Shown here one piece after another: positions 22,435 to 34,346 of a DNA stretch of 64,000 nt. Both the position numbers and the translations under genes were made by a program. Source of the DNA: Thraustochytrium aureum (Eukaryota); the NCBI GenBank assembly GCA_012862495.1, contig BLSG01000211.1:33143-97142 (forward strand), written 5' to 3'. Within the stretch, counting starts at the first letter, position 1, and the number at the start of each line of letters is the position of its first letter. The notes beneath the pieces were generated by a model. The model had not been told where the DNA came from. It searched no databases and worked only from the letters and a program-made list of their open reading frames with translations.

Positions 22435-25400
22435 CATCATTCGTGGCAGCGACGAGCGCGCGGACTGTCCTGGAGCGCACGACAAAGGCGGGCTTGCGCA
22501 AGAGACAATGTTCTGGACAAGTAGCACCAGCAACGACAACAACGCCATGAAGCTGCGCCCAAGCCGGAGCATGAATCGCGCAAGCCGGCCGGAGGCGGAC
22601 TCTCCGGACCAAGAGCAGGACGTGGAGACAGGTCAGCGACACAAAAGCGCACAGGAAAGCACACCTACAAGCGCTCGGACAAGCACGCAGACAAGTTCAC
22701 AGACAGGTCCACAGACAGGTCCACAGACAGGTTCACAAAAAGGTGAACAGGCAAGTGGGTGGAACGAGCATGAGTGGTACAGCGCCCTAGAGCTCGCGTG
22801 CGAATACGCATTCAGCTTCGTCCTTCTGCTAGTGGCCGTGAGCTTGGTCGCGTTCTGGATCATAGTGGCGGTGCAGGAGGGCACGTGCGACGCCGTCTTC
22901 GAGGCCGCCACGGAATGCCCAAGCGTACTCTCAGTCGTGCAGCTAAGCGCGGCGCCGCAGGTGCGCTGGGACGGGGACTGCGTGGACGTTGCAAGCGTGG
23001 TGGACGTTGTGGGCGCGATGGACTCGACGTTCCCTAACGACCTGTTGAATCGCTTACTGGAGGAAAGCTACGAGGACGCGAGCACAAGCGAAGTGTTGGC
23101 GGCGGAGCTCAACGTGTGCTTCTCAGAGCCCAGCATGGCATCGTTATTTGCTATGACGTGGTTCTGGTGGGTTGCCGCGCTATACGCGGTAACATGGCTG
23201 GGCTTGGGTGCCAGCAAACAGCTGCGCCGTTCCACGTTTCTGATGTTTATGTTGGAGCTCAAGTCGGCGGCAAGGCTGCAAGACGATGAGAAATTTAAGC
23301 AAGCCGTCAACGACTGGCTTGGAATCTCTTCGAGCAAGACTGACAAGCAACAAGATGTTTCCATATGGGACCGTTTCAACTGTAGATCCAGGACGGTATT
23401 CTGCTACACACCAAACAAGGGCTCAAAGATCGAGGAGACTGGCATAAGTAGCGAGCCAGACAGCCGACACCATGGATCCAACGAGAAGGCCGGCCCAACA
23501 AGCGAGCCAGACATCCGACTCAGCGGATCCAAGGCCTTCTGCCGAGCCCTGAAGTGGCTCTTGTTGCCNNNNNNNNNNNNNNNNNNNNNNNNNNNNNNNN
23601 NNNNNNNNNNNNNNNNNNNNNNNNNNNNNNNNNNNNNNNNNNNNNNNNNNNNNNNNNNNNNNNNNNNNNNNNNNNNNNNNNNNNNNNNNNNNNNNNNNNN
23701 NNNNNNNNNNNNNNNNNNNNNNNNNNNNNNNNNNNNNNNNNNNNNNNNNNNNNNNNNNNNNNNNNNNNNNNNNNNNNNNNNNNNNNNNNNNNNNNNNNNN
23801 NNNNNNNNNNNNNNNNNNNNNNNNNNNNNNNNNNNNNNNNNNNNNNNNNNNNNNNNNNNNNNNNNNNNNNNNNNNNNNNNNNNNNNNNNNNNNNNNNNNN
23901 NNNNNNNNNNNNNNNNNNNNNNNNNNNNNNNNNNNNNNNNNNNNNNNNNNNNNNNNNNNNNNNNNNNNNNNNNNNNNNNNNNNNNNNNNNNNNNNNNNNN
24001 NNNNNNNNNNNNNNNNNNNNNNNNNNNNNNNNNNNNNNNNNNNNNNNNNNNNNNNNNNGAAGGCAGCGCACGGCGTGCTCGAGAAAAGAAAGGAGGAGCT
24101 GAAGCCGAAGAAAAGGGTCGCTGATGAAGCCCTAAGCGACTTGGCGGAGGTGAAGCAGGTGCTGGAAAAAGTGCAGGACGACCTTGCTGAGGTGGAGCGG
24201 CGTGGAGCCCGGACGGACGGCGCCGGGAACGCGATCGCCGTCATCGCGGCTGAACGCGACGCGTTCGAGGAAAAACGGGACGAACAAGCCAAGCTGGTCG
24301 ATTCTTACGAGAAACGCTTCGAGGTGGCGAAGGATGAGCACGACGAGGCAGATGAGCTCGTCCGTGACGCGGAACGGATTCTAGCGAGCTTAATGCGAAA
24401 GAAGGAGGAGCTCAAAACAAGGAAGAAAAATGCCGAGTCCGCGCTTGGAAACTTGCAAGAGGAGCTGGCGGATCTGGAGCGCGACAAGGGCAAATTCAAG
24501 CTGGGCCAATACAGGTCTATATGGCACGTCCTGAGCAACGTGCTTCTCACAATCTCTATCATCCTCACGCTTGCTGCAATCGCTTCGCTTCTGGCGGCCA
24601 TCATTGCGACCGCAGTCGCGCCGGCGCTCCCGGAGCCGACTGTCGGCGCCTGCGCGAGCCCTGCTCAGCTGGTGGCAGCCGCGCCGTCGCCGCAGATCTC
24701 CTTCGGCGGCTACTGCGCGGAGCGGGACGAGGTGGTAGGCGTGCTGACCCTGCTTGAGAACGCCAACGGCGTGCGCGAGGATTTCAACGACCTGCTTGAG
24801 CAGCTTGACGCGCTGGACGTCAAGAGCAAGAATCTCAAGGCCAGCACTGGCTTAATGCGCCAGTTCTCGCGCCGTGTGGCAGTCTGCAGGACCACGAATA
24901 GCCAACGCGGGTGGTCCATGTGGCTGCGCACCATGGGGCTATCCCTGTCTGTGCCTTCTATCTTCGGGTTCTGGAAGTACGCCAACATCCCTTCCTTGAA
25001 CGGACTTTTGAGTGCTGTCAAGGAGTCTGGCGCGAAGGTCTTCAAGCTCATCAAAGGTGCCGGTGCCATCTTTCCGATCGTGGGCGGACTCGTGCGTTAT
25101 CTCTTTCAGAGAGGCAAGTCCGTCGTCAACGGCGCGGGTGCCAGTCTCCGAAGAGGTGGCGGCCTCTCGCGTTTTGTCGCGTTCGTGTACAAATCTGCTT
25201 TGGCATGCTTCGTCGGTGCTGCCGCCGCGCTCAAGGGTTGGTGCAAGTGTTGTGCAAGGTGGCGTCTGCCATGCTGTGTGCGGACCACCAGAGCGCCACC
25301 GCAGCCGCAAAAAAAATCGATCAACCGATCAACTCACTCAGAGGGTGGTGGACCAGAGGATGGTGATGTGGAGAACCCGCCGCGCAAGCACAGGTGCGGT

Positions 25401-28166
25401 GATGGCGGCCGCTGTGACCGTTGCTACTGCGATGCGCACAACTGCCTGAAGGTCAAAGGTCACTGCCCCCAGTGCGCATGCTTCGCCCACGGCTACCGCA
25501 TGCGCGTCCAAGTTCGTGGCGAGTACGTCTGCAAGGACTGCGTCTGCACCAACACGGACAATCACGACAAGAATGAGGCAAAAGTTCGCGGCAAAGACGG
25601 CACGACATACTGTCCCAAGTGCACATGCACGTCCCATAAGAGTGGCGTGCAGCGCGATTGCGTCCGCGGCAAGCTCGTCTGCCAGACTTGCTTCTGCGCC
25701 AGCGACGACCACGATGATTTCGTCAAGAAACTCAGCGGAAAGGACGGGACGTCTTACTGTCCCACGTGCACGTGCACGGCGCACAAGCCGTATACTAAGC
25801 GTGAGATGATCTACGGCCAGCTCACCTGCCTGACCTGCTTTTGCGTCAGCGACTACCACGATGANNNNNNNNNNNNNNNNNNNNNNNNNNNNNNNNNNNN
25901 NNNNNNNNNNNNNNNNNNNNNNNNNNNNNNNNNNNNNNNNNNNNNNNNNNNNNNNNNNNNNNNNNNNNNNNNNNNNNNNNNNNNNNNNNNNNNNNNNNNN
26001 NNNNNNNNNNNNNNNNNNNNNNNNNNNNNNNNNNNNNNNNNNNNNNNNNNNNNNNNNNNNNNNNNNNNNNNNNNNNNNNNNNNNNNNNNNNNCACGGCGC
26101 ACAATCCCAGTTCGCAGCGCGAGATGATCAATGGCAAGCTCACCTGCCTGTCCTGCTTCTGCGTCAGCGAGGCCCACGATGATATCGTTGAGAAAGTGCC
26201 TGGCAAGGACGGCGCGCTGTACTGCCCCCGGTGCACGTGCATGTCGCACAAGCCGTACTCGCAGCGCGACCTTATCAATGGCAAGCTCGTCTGCCAGATC
26301 TGCTTTTGCGCGAGTGACGACCACGACGACTTTGTCCGTAAAGTGCCTGGCAAGGACGGGGTGTTGGTCTGCCCCGCCTGTATGTGCATGGCGCACAAGC
26401 CGTTCTCGCACCGCGACCTTATCAATGGCAAGCTCGTCTGTCAGATCTGCTTCTGCGCTAGCGAGGCCCACGATGATTTCGTCGAGAAAGTGCCTGGCAG
26501 GGACGGCGCACTGGTCTGCCTCGAATGCACATGCATGGCGCACGAGCCGGGCGTGCAGCGCGACCTGATCAAGGGCAGCCTTATCTGCCAGACCTGCTTT
26601 TGCCTCAGCGACATGCACGACGAGACCGTTGCGCGGGTGCCTGACGGCATCGGCGTGCTGCACTGCCCCGAATGCACATGCATGGCGCATGAGCCGGTCG
26701 TACAGCGCGACCTGGTCGACGGCAAGCTCATATGCCAGACCTGCCTGTGCGTCAGCGACAACCACGGCGCGACTGTTGAGCGAGTGCCGGACGAGATGGG
26801 CGTGCTGCGCTGCCCCGAATGCACGTGCATGGACGCGATCCAGCATCCGGGCGAGGTGGTCGAGCGCGAACTGGTCAATGGGAACCTCATCTGCAAGACC
26901 TGCTTCTGCGTCAACCAAAATCATCGTGAGCCCGAGCTACGGGTCTCCACGGATGGTGGCCCGCTGCATTGCCCCATATGCATGTGCGCAGACGCGACCC
27001 AGCACCCGGGCGAGGTGGTCGAGTGCGAACGGCGCCACGAACTGTTGGAGTGCCCGCGGTGCGTCTGCGAGCAGTGCGGGCGCAACTTCCGTGGCCACGT
27101 GTATTGCCCCGCGTGCTTCTGCAAGCACGGCACGCCGCTGGATGTATTGTGCAGAGAGTGTATACAGCTGCCCAAGCTCCTGACGCGCAAGCGCATCGCC
27201 AAGCTGACCGCGCTGCTGTACGAGTCTGGCGAGCTCGGCGTGCATTTCGAAAGGTCGGCAGCGATGACCTGGAAGGACGTGTTTCAGGCCATTGCACATC
27301 TTGGCGCGTCAGACACCATCAGCACGATGGACCCCGAGCGGTACGCGGTGAGCCGCAAGCGGCTCCTGGGCCAGACCATCATCAGCCTGCTCAAGGACGC
27401 CGCCGCGGATGGTGAGGACCAACATGAACCAAACAGCGACGCGGCGCTGCGAGCCAGGGCGAACAGCAAGGCAATGGAGGGAGTGTGTGGCCACGACGTG
27501 TGGCAGGTGTTGAAGCCTGTGTTCGAGCTGCGAGACGGCAAGATGGTGCCGATCGGTTCCTCAGAGGCCTCGCGCAATCGGCATATGCCTGTTGACATGA
27601 CGCAAGGTGGCAGCGTGCTGAAGTCCAAATCCTTGACGGACATTCTCTCGAGTGCGTACGAGTGGATGAGAGCCAAAAAATGGAGCGAGGCCAAGAAACG
27701 TTCAAACTCTCCCTGGCACGACGTGATTGTGGAGGGCGATCTCGCAGACCTCGCCATGGTACAGCCAACGCTCCTCCCATTGACGTGTCTGGAGCACGTT
27801 TTGTCTCGAAAGGAGCTGGCATACGTGAAAGATGCGCGCGAGGGGCTGGTCTGGACTGTCGGCTGGGGCAACAATCTTTGCGTCGCGGCTGCTAACGAGG
27901 ACATGAAGTCCAAGCTCGAGCGGTTGGTCAAGCTTGCACAGCGCGTGCTGACAGACAAGCAGGAGCCCTACGACCCGACCGGTCAGGATGCCCTGCGGCG
28001 CCTAAGCCGTGCTTCGCGCCGCAGTCAGCGTTTGTCGGAGATTGTTGTGTCTCGGGCCAACCCTGGACGACGAGGTCGACTGAGGACGATGGCCGCCTTC
28101 AATTGGGAGCGTGCGATCCGATTGGGAATTGGAGCGTGCGATCCTATTGGGAGCATGCGTCTTTAG
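22435..28166 (+). CDS. Large uncharacterised membrane protein: two TM-loop-TM modules, coiled coil, long Cys/His tandem repeat and C-terminal globular region (one gene across gaps, or two paralogous genes)
   Basis: Open frames at 22435-23568 and 24075-28166, hydrophobic helices, and a 147-bp-period repeat. Confidence 0.75.
25410..27160 (+). repeat. Coding tandem repeat, 147-bp/49-aa period, two CxxCxC..H half-units per period
   Basis: For example, the CPxC codons start at 26223 and 26370. 21 CxxCxC motifs are visible. Confidence 0.95.
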
Positions 28167-29264
28167 TAGTGGAGGTACCGAAGCTGAAGCTCGTCTGCGG
28201 AGTTTGTTTTCGGCGCTTTTGGCCCGATGCCGAGCTCTGCCGCTGCGCAGGCGCCTGAGCTCAACTTGCGTTGCCGCCAAGGTCCCGGCAAGGAGGATCC
28301 GACGACGATCCCCTCCTTGGTCCCAAGGACATCGCCGACCGCCGGAGGTCGTTGTGAGACTTGGCCGACGAGGGCGACGGCCACAAGACCGAGTCGAGGC
28401 TGTGCTGTTTGTTCGTAGACCTTTCTTTCTCCGAAGCCGAGCTCTCGCCGGCGCCAGCGGGGCTCCCAGTGGCTCCTGCGACCGGCCGTGCGGGTGCGCG
28501 CGTTGCCGCCGAGGCCCCGCAGACCTCCGCCGACGGCCCACAGCGCCCGAGAGCCGCCGAGGTCGCCGGACATCCGAGCGCACCTGCATCGGCGGCACGA
28601 GCCCAAGCAGCAGACCCGCAGCACGAACCGGGCCGCGGAGCTGGACCGGTTGCGGGGCAGCGAACGGACGCGCAGGTAGGCAGGAGGCCGCGGGGCTCGG
28701 GATGGGGGCGGCTGGTCTGTCCCTGCCGCTGNNNNNNNNNNNNNNNNNNNNNNNNNNNNNNNNNNNNNNNNNNNNNNNNNNNNNNNNNNNNNNNNNNNNN
28801 NNNNNNNNNNNNNNNNNNNNNNNNNNNNNNNNNNNNNNNNNNNNNNNNNNNNNNNNNNNNNNNNNNNNNNNNNNNNNNNNNNNNNNNNNNNNNNNNNNNN
28901 NNNNNNNNNNNNNNNNNNNNTGCGCTGGCTGGCGTATGGGGTCCGCGAGGGGCGCCCCTGCTGTTCTGGGTCGACTGGGCCAAGGCGTGGCCACGCTTGC
29001 CGGCATACAGGGGCGCGCGATGGTGGAGTCGGCACGGCTGGCTCGAAACCCGCTCGCGTGGCTCTGGTTTCAGGTGGAGACGCACAGGCTGCTGTGGGAG
29101 ATCGAGGTCAACCACTTGCTGGATACAGCGCTGGAGCCAGGCTAGGCAGGGAGGACTCGCTCAGCACGGCGCTGCCTCACGTGGACACCGGGTTCGCGGC
29201 GAGGCCATGGTGGGCCGGGCTCGGCTCTCTCTTCCTCAGGCGAGGCGCTGCGCAAGGCGCAGGC

Positions 29265-31583
29265 ATGGGCATGGGCATGGGCATGCAGGCCGCAGCGCCC
29301 GTGTCTCGCGACATTGTGCTCGTGGGCGGGGGCCACTCGCACGCCTTTGTGATAAAAAATTTCGGGATGCGCCCCATCCCGGGCGTTCGCATGACGCTCA
29401 TCACCCAGAGCGTCGAAACGCCCTACTCGGGCATGCTGCCCGGCCACGTCGCCGGCCTCTACACGCGCGAAGAGTGCCACATTGACCTCGGGCGACTATG
29501 CAGGTTTGGCAAGACGCGTCTCGTTATCGGCAGCGTGTGCGGGATAGACCGCGACGAAAAGCTGGTGCGCCTCGAAGACGGTAGACCGCCGATCCGGTAC
29601 GACGTCCTGTCCATCGACATTGGCTCTTCGCCGAGGATGACTGCCCAAGTGGACCCTGGCCAAGAACTCACCCCGACCCCTGTCAAGCCAATCTCCGAAT
29701 TCAGCGCCCGCTGGGAGCATCTGCTTGGGAGCATCACCGATTCGCCAAAGCCCGTCGTCCGCGTCGCAGTGGTCGGCGCCGGCGCTGGCGGGGTCGAGCT
29801 CGCTTTGTCGATGCAGGCCCGCTTGGAGCGCGCGCTCAGGGAGTCGGCGGCGAAGGATAAACGGGTCCACTTTATCGTCGTTTCGAACAAGGCCGTGGTG
29901 TGCCCCTCGCACAACAAGCTTGTGCAGCAAAAGTTCCTCCGCATCTTGGTCGAGCGCGGTGTCGAGGTCGTCTTCGACTTTCACGTTGCCGCCGTTCGCG
30001 ACAACAAACTCCACGCAGCGGATGGGCGCACAATCGCCGTGGACGAGAGCGTGTGGTGCACGAACGCGCGCACGCAGCCCTGGTTGGCCGCCTCGGGCTT
30101 CGCCGTCGACGACGGCGGCTTTCTGCGTGTGAACGACACGCTCGAGAGTGAGAACACTGCCAACGTGTTTGGAGCCGGCGACTGCGCCAACGTGGTGCCA
30201 CACCCGCGCGCCAAGGCTGGTGTCTTTGCGGTTCGGCAAGGCCCGCCGCTGGCGGAAAATTTGCGCCGCGCAGTACTCGCGCTCGACCGCGACAGCGACC
30301 GCGATTTGCTCCCGTTCGAGCCACAATCGACGTTCCTCGGGATCGTGGGCACTGGGACCGACTATTGCGTCGCTTCGCGGGGCGAGATGGCCCTCGAGGG
30401 TACCTGGCTCTGGGCGCTCAAGGACTGGATCGACCGCAAGTGGATGGCCGGCTACTCGTCCCAGCTGCCCGTGATGGTCAGCGAGGAGGAGCCCGCGAGC
30501 GACGCGTCGTCCAAGCAACAGGCACTCCTCAAGGCCTCGAAAATGCGCTGCGGCGGCTGCGGCGCCAAGGTCGGCAAGTCGGTCTTGGACCGCGCTATGG
30601 AGCGCCTCACACCGCCCACACGCCCCGAGGTCAAGCTTGGACTGGATGCCCCCGACGACTGCGCCGTCGTGTCGTTCGATCCGGACAGCGCGGTCAACGT
30701 GGTTCAGACGGTCGATTTCTTCCGCTCCTTCCTGGACGACCCCTTCGTGTTCGGCCAGGTTGCTGCCAACCACTCGCTTAGCGACTGTCACGCGATGTGC
30801 GCCGAGCCAGTGGCGGCCATGGCGATCGCAGTGGTCCCATTTGCCTCTGCCGCGGTTGTGGAGAACGACTTGACGCAGATGATGGCCGGCGTCTGCGTCG
30901 CGCTCAGGGAGAGCAACTGCGCCCTCGTCGGAGGCCACTCCTGCGAGGGCGCCGAGCTCGCCATGGGCCTCTCTGTTAGCGGACGCGCCGGGGCGGGCGA
31001 GCGCCTGCTGACCAAAGGCGGCGTGCAGGAGGGGGACAGCCTGATCGTGACCAAGCCGCTCGGGACAGGGATCCTCTTCGCGGCCGACATGCGCGTGCTC
31101 GCAAAGGGGTCGTGGGTGGACGCCGCGACACGCTCCATGCTCGTCTCGAACCGCAGGGCGGCCCTTGCTGCCCGAGACGCCGGAGCGACGGCCTGCACTG
31201 ATGTGACGGGCTTTGGCCTGGGCGGCCACTTGATCGAGATGATGAATGCGAGCTCGCCAGACTTGGTGGCAGAGGTCGAATTGGACAGACTTCCGGCGCT
31301 AGACGGGGGCGCTCGAGTGTGTACAGGCTGGCGTGTTTTCGTCTCTGCATGAGGAGAACGTCCGCCTCAAGCGCGCCATTGCTCCGCACCAGCGCACTGG
31401 ATCCCCAAGTACTCCTTGCTGTTTGACCCCCAGACGTCGGGTGGGCTGCTGATCAGCGTGCCGTCGGCCATGGCCCCGGCTCTCGTCAAGAGGCTTCGCG
31501 AGGAAGGCTACAGCGCGACATGCGCGTTTGGCCGCGTCGCCCGCGTTGGCTCGGCGAGCCAGGAGAAGATCCGCATCGTGTGA
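29265..31583 (+). CDS. selD: Selenide,water dikinase (selenophosphate synthetase) fused to an N-terminal FAD-dependent pyridine nucleotide-disulfide oxidoreductase domain; frameshifts near 31300-31420
   Basis: IVLVGGGHSH, YSGMLPG, AVVGAGAGGVE, VFGAGD, KAGVFAVRQG and KDWIDRKWM, then MRCGGCGAK, DDCAV, QTVDFF, GGHS.EG, TKPLGTG, TDVTGFGL.GHL.EM and (after the shift) LFDPQTSGGLL. Confidence 0.95.
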
Positions 31584-31690
31584 TGCCTCTGGTTGGCTGA
31601 GTTGCAGAGTGAGAGAGAGCAAGGGTAAAATCAAGGCGAGGTTTAGTGTTTTTCAAAGCGAGCTCGGCTCTGCCGGCGCGCCGGCGCTGC

Positions 31691-31960
31691 TCAGCTCGAC
31701 GGCGCCTGGAGCGCATTAATCAGAAACTGCACCGGGTCTTCAGGCTGTTCGACGACCAGTCGCTCGTACAGCCCCTCCAGCAGCTTGGAGCACCCGCTCG
31801 CCTTGACATATTCTTTCATCTCGTTGATCTTTTTCGTCGTGGCCTCCACCGCGCCGCCACCAGGCGCGGACGCCCGAGCCGCGTCCAGGCCGTCGCCTCG
31901 GGTCGTCGTGCTCGCGTCGGCCGAGCTGCGCAGCTCCTTCTTGTCTGCCACAGGCCCCAT
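31691..31960 (-). CDS. Small RIIa/Dpy-30-type dimerisation-docking domain protein
   Basis: KEYVKASGCSKLLEGLYERLVVEQPEDPVQFLINAL matches the D/D-fold consensus. Confidence 0.75.
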   Translation of the reverse strand: MGPVADKKELRSSADASTTTRGDGLDAARASAPGGGAVEATTKKINEMKEYVKASGCSKLLEGLYERLVVEQPEDPVQFLINALQAPSS

Positions 31961-32903
31961 CGCGCAGCTGCAATACTTGGCGCAGTATCTATCGTTCGTC
32001 AGCCTTTCCAGCTTTTCTCTCCCGCGCTCGCCGCGCCCGCCGCTTTCGTCTCTGGGGCGCCGCCGTCCACGCCGAGGGCAACCCCTCCGCCGACCTCAAC
32101 TCATCTCACCGGACATAACGGTAATGCTCTCGAAGTTCGCAACGAGCTGTTCGCTTGATCGACGAAGGCCAGCGCCGCTGGAATTCGCGCGCTCGGACAA
32201 CCGCTCGGACTTGCCAGCGGGTGGACGCTGTTCAGTGGCCAGCACGAGGCTGACTGACGGATGGCCACAGTCTCTTCGTAGAGTAAGTACTGTCCAGAGT
32301 AGGTAGACGTTTTGTCTCGAAAGCNNNNNNNNNNNNNNNNNNNNNNNNNNNNNNNNNNNNNNNNNNNNNNNNNNNNNNNNNNNNNNNNNNNNNNNNNNNN
32401 NNNNNNNNNNNNNNNNNNNNNNNNNNNNNNNNNNNNNNNNNNNNNNNNNNNNNNNNNNNNNNNNNNNNNNNNNNNNNNNNNNNNNNNNNNNNNNNNNNNN
32501 NNNNNNNNNNNNNNNNNNNNNNNNNNNNNNNNNNNNNNNNNNNNNNNNNNNNNNNNNNNNNNNNNNNNNNNNNNNNNNNNNNNNNNNNNNNNNNNNNNNN
32601 NNNNNNNNNNNNNNNNNNNNNNNNNNNNNNNNNNNNNNNNNNNNNNNNNNNNNNNNNNNNNNNNNNNNNNNNNNNNNNNNNNNNNNNNNNNNNNNNNNNN
32701 NNNNNNNNNNNNNNNNNNNNNNNNNNNNNNNNNNNNNNNNNNNAGCGAGCGCGACGAGCGAAGTGACCAATAGATGAGCCCTAGTTAGGGGGGAAACAAT
32801 AATTGACCTTTACGTGTACACGCTGCGCAGTCCGTCGCGAAGCGCTCGACTCGGCGCCGCACCAGAGTGAGTGAGTCTCGTGCGCGCGCGCCCTGCAAGG
32901 TCC

Positions 32904-34346
32904 TCACAAGATAGGCACAGCCTCTTCCTCCTCCACTTCCGCCCCAACCCGGCCTGGTTGCGCCGCGACAGGCAGTAGCGGGGCCTCGACCATGTCGTCA
33001 TTCTCCGCTGGCTCGTCCGGTTTTCATCCAACTCGTCCTCCTCGTCCTCCTCGCGGAGTGGCGCGAGGTCCACGGACGAAAGTGCAGACACGAGGCGGCC
33101 TGCCGCAGAGTCGCCTTGCGCCGAGAGGCACTCGACAGCCTGCACGAGCGCGGTCCCAATATTCTTGTCGCTGACCGTGTGGTCCTTGCCGAACGCCTTG
33201 ATCACCATGGCCTTGACTTGGGCGCGCTTGAGCTTGCGGTCGAGGTTGAGCTGACGACGCTGCTCAGCCTTGTTGTGGTGGAGGTTCGAGTTGGGCTTGT
33301 ACCAACGGTCGGTAATGTGCAGCACTTGTGTCATGACGTCCGCGGTGTACATCCCCAGCGGGAGGTCGTTCAGGTCCATCCCAAAAGGGTCCTCAAGCTG
33401 CGTTGCGAGCTTCGAGAGGCCGTTGAGGACAAGGTTTACAATGAGGCACATAAGCCCCACGCCGATCGGGCTCCAGCTCATCGAAAGCAGGCTGAAAGGT
33501 AAAAAGAGGAGAAAGCTGCCCTGCGACAGGTCGAGCGTGAGCCGGTGAACCATCGGGAGCGGCGCCGTCTTGATTCGGAAGGCGCACCCAAGGCACTCAT
33601 TGAGCTCTGCGATGCGCGGCTCCAGGACATGATTTACCACATCAGCTCCGAGGGTGCCTTCGTTGGTGCTTTGCACGAGCACGCCAGACATGAGGTCCAG
33701 TGTGGAGATCGGGCGGTCGATGCCCTTTTGCTCCATCACATAGCGGAGGTCGACTTCGCTGAGCAGCATGCGCAGCTCCTCCTCGTCGCACGCGTCTTCC
33801 TCAGCCCGCAGCAGGTTCTTGGTCGTGATGGAGAAGGCCACGAGGTACATGGCAAACGACATCGTGTCGTCCTTGCTGTTGCTGTTCGCCACGAGAGTGC
33901 GCACTGTGTCGCGCGAGACGGTCACGAGGCGGCCCCAGGTTGTGCGCGCTTCCCAGAATCGCATCATGGCTTGGTTTTGGCGGAATGTGACGAGGAGGCC
34001 GACCACCCAACCCAATATCTCGACGTACCCGAACGAGTTTGAGATATCCACGCCGCCTAGCGAGACAATGCAGACAGTGGCAAGGTGGTACGCGGCGAGG
34101 CAGCAGATTCGCCACTGGAGAAACAGGTCGCCGATTCCCAACAGCGCGCTCCTCCATGTCGTGGGCGAGTCGCGCCGCACGAGCGTTGTTTGCGTCCAAC
34201 TTGTTGTGTACCCCCTTCGTCGCTTCCTTTACACTAGAGCGCACTGCCTGGGTGTTGTCCCGCTTGAGGATGACTTGGCTCAAGGGCGACACTGCCGAAG
34301 ACCTCTGCGGCCGCAAGATCGCGGTGCCTGGGTGATTCGTCCGCAT
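32904..34346 (-). CDS. Bestrophin (UPF0187/YneE-type) anion channel; probable homopolymer frameshifts near 34212 and 33022
   Basis: LLVTFRQNQAMMRFWEARTTWG, RIKTAPLP, LEDPFGMDLNDLPL. Confidence 0.88.

Noticed and set aside
25410..27160. Regular repeat as a CRISPR array or satellite
   Set aside because: There is no constant repeat/unique spacer structure. The period is a multiple of 3 and the variation preserves an open Cys/His-coding frame
29265..31700. Selenocysteine codon or SECIS element in selD
   Set aside because: The catalytic position is TGC, the TGA at about 31350 is out of frame because of a frameshift, and no SECIS could be supported by eye
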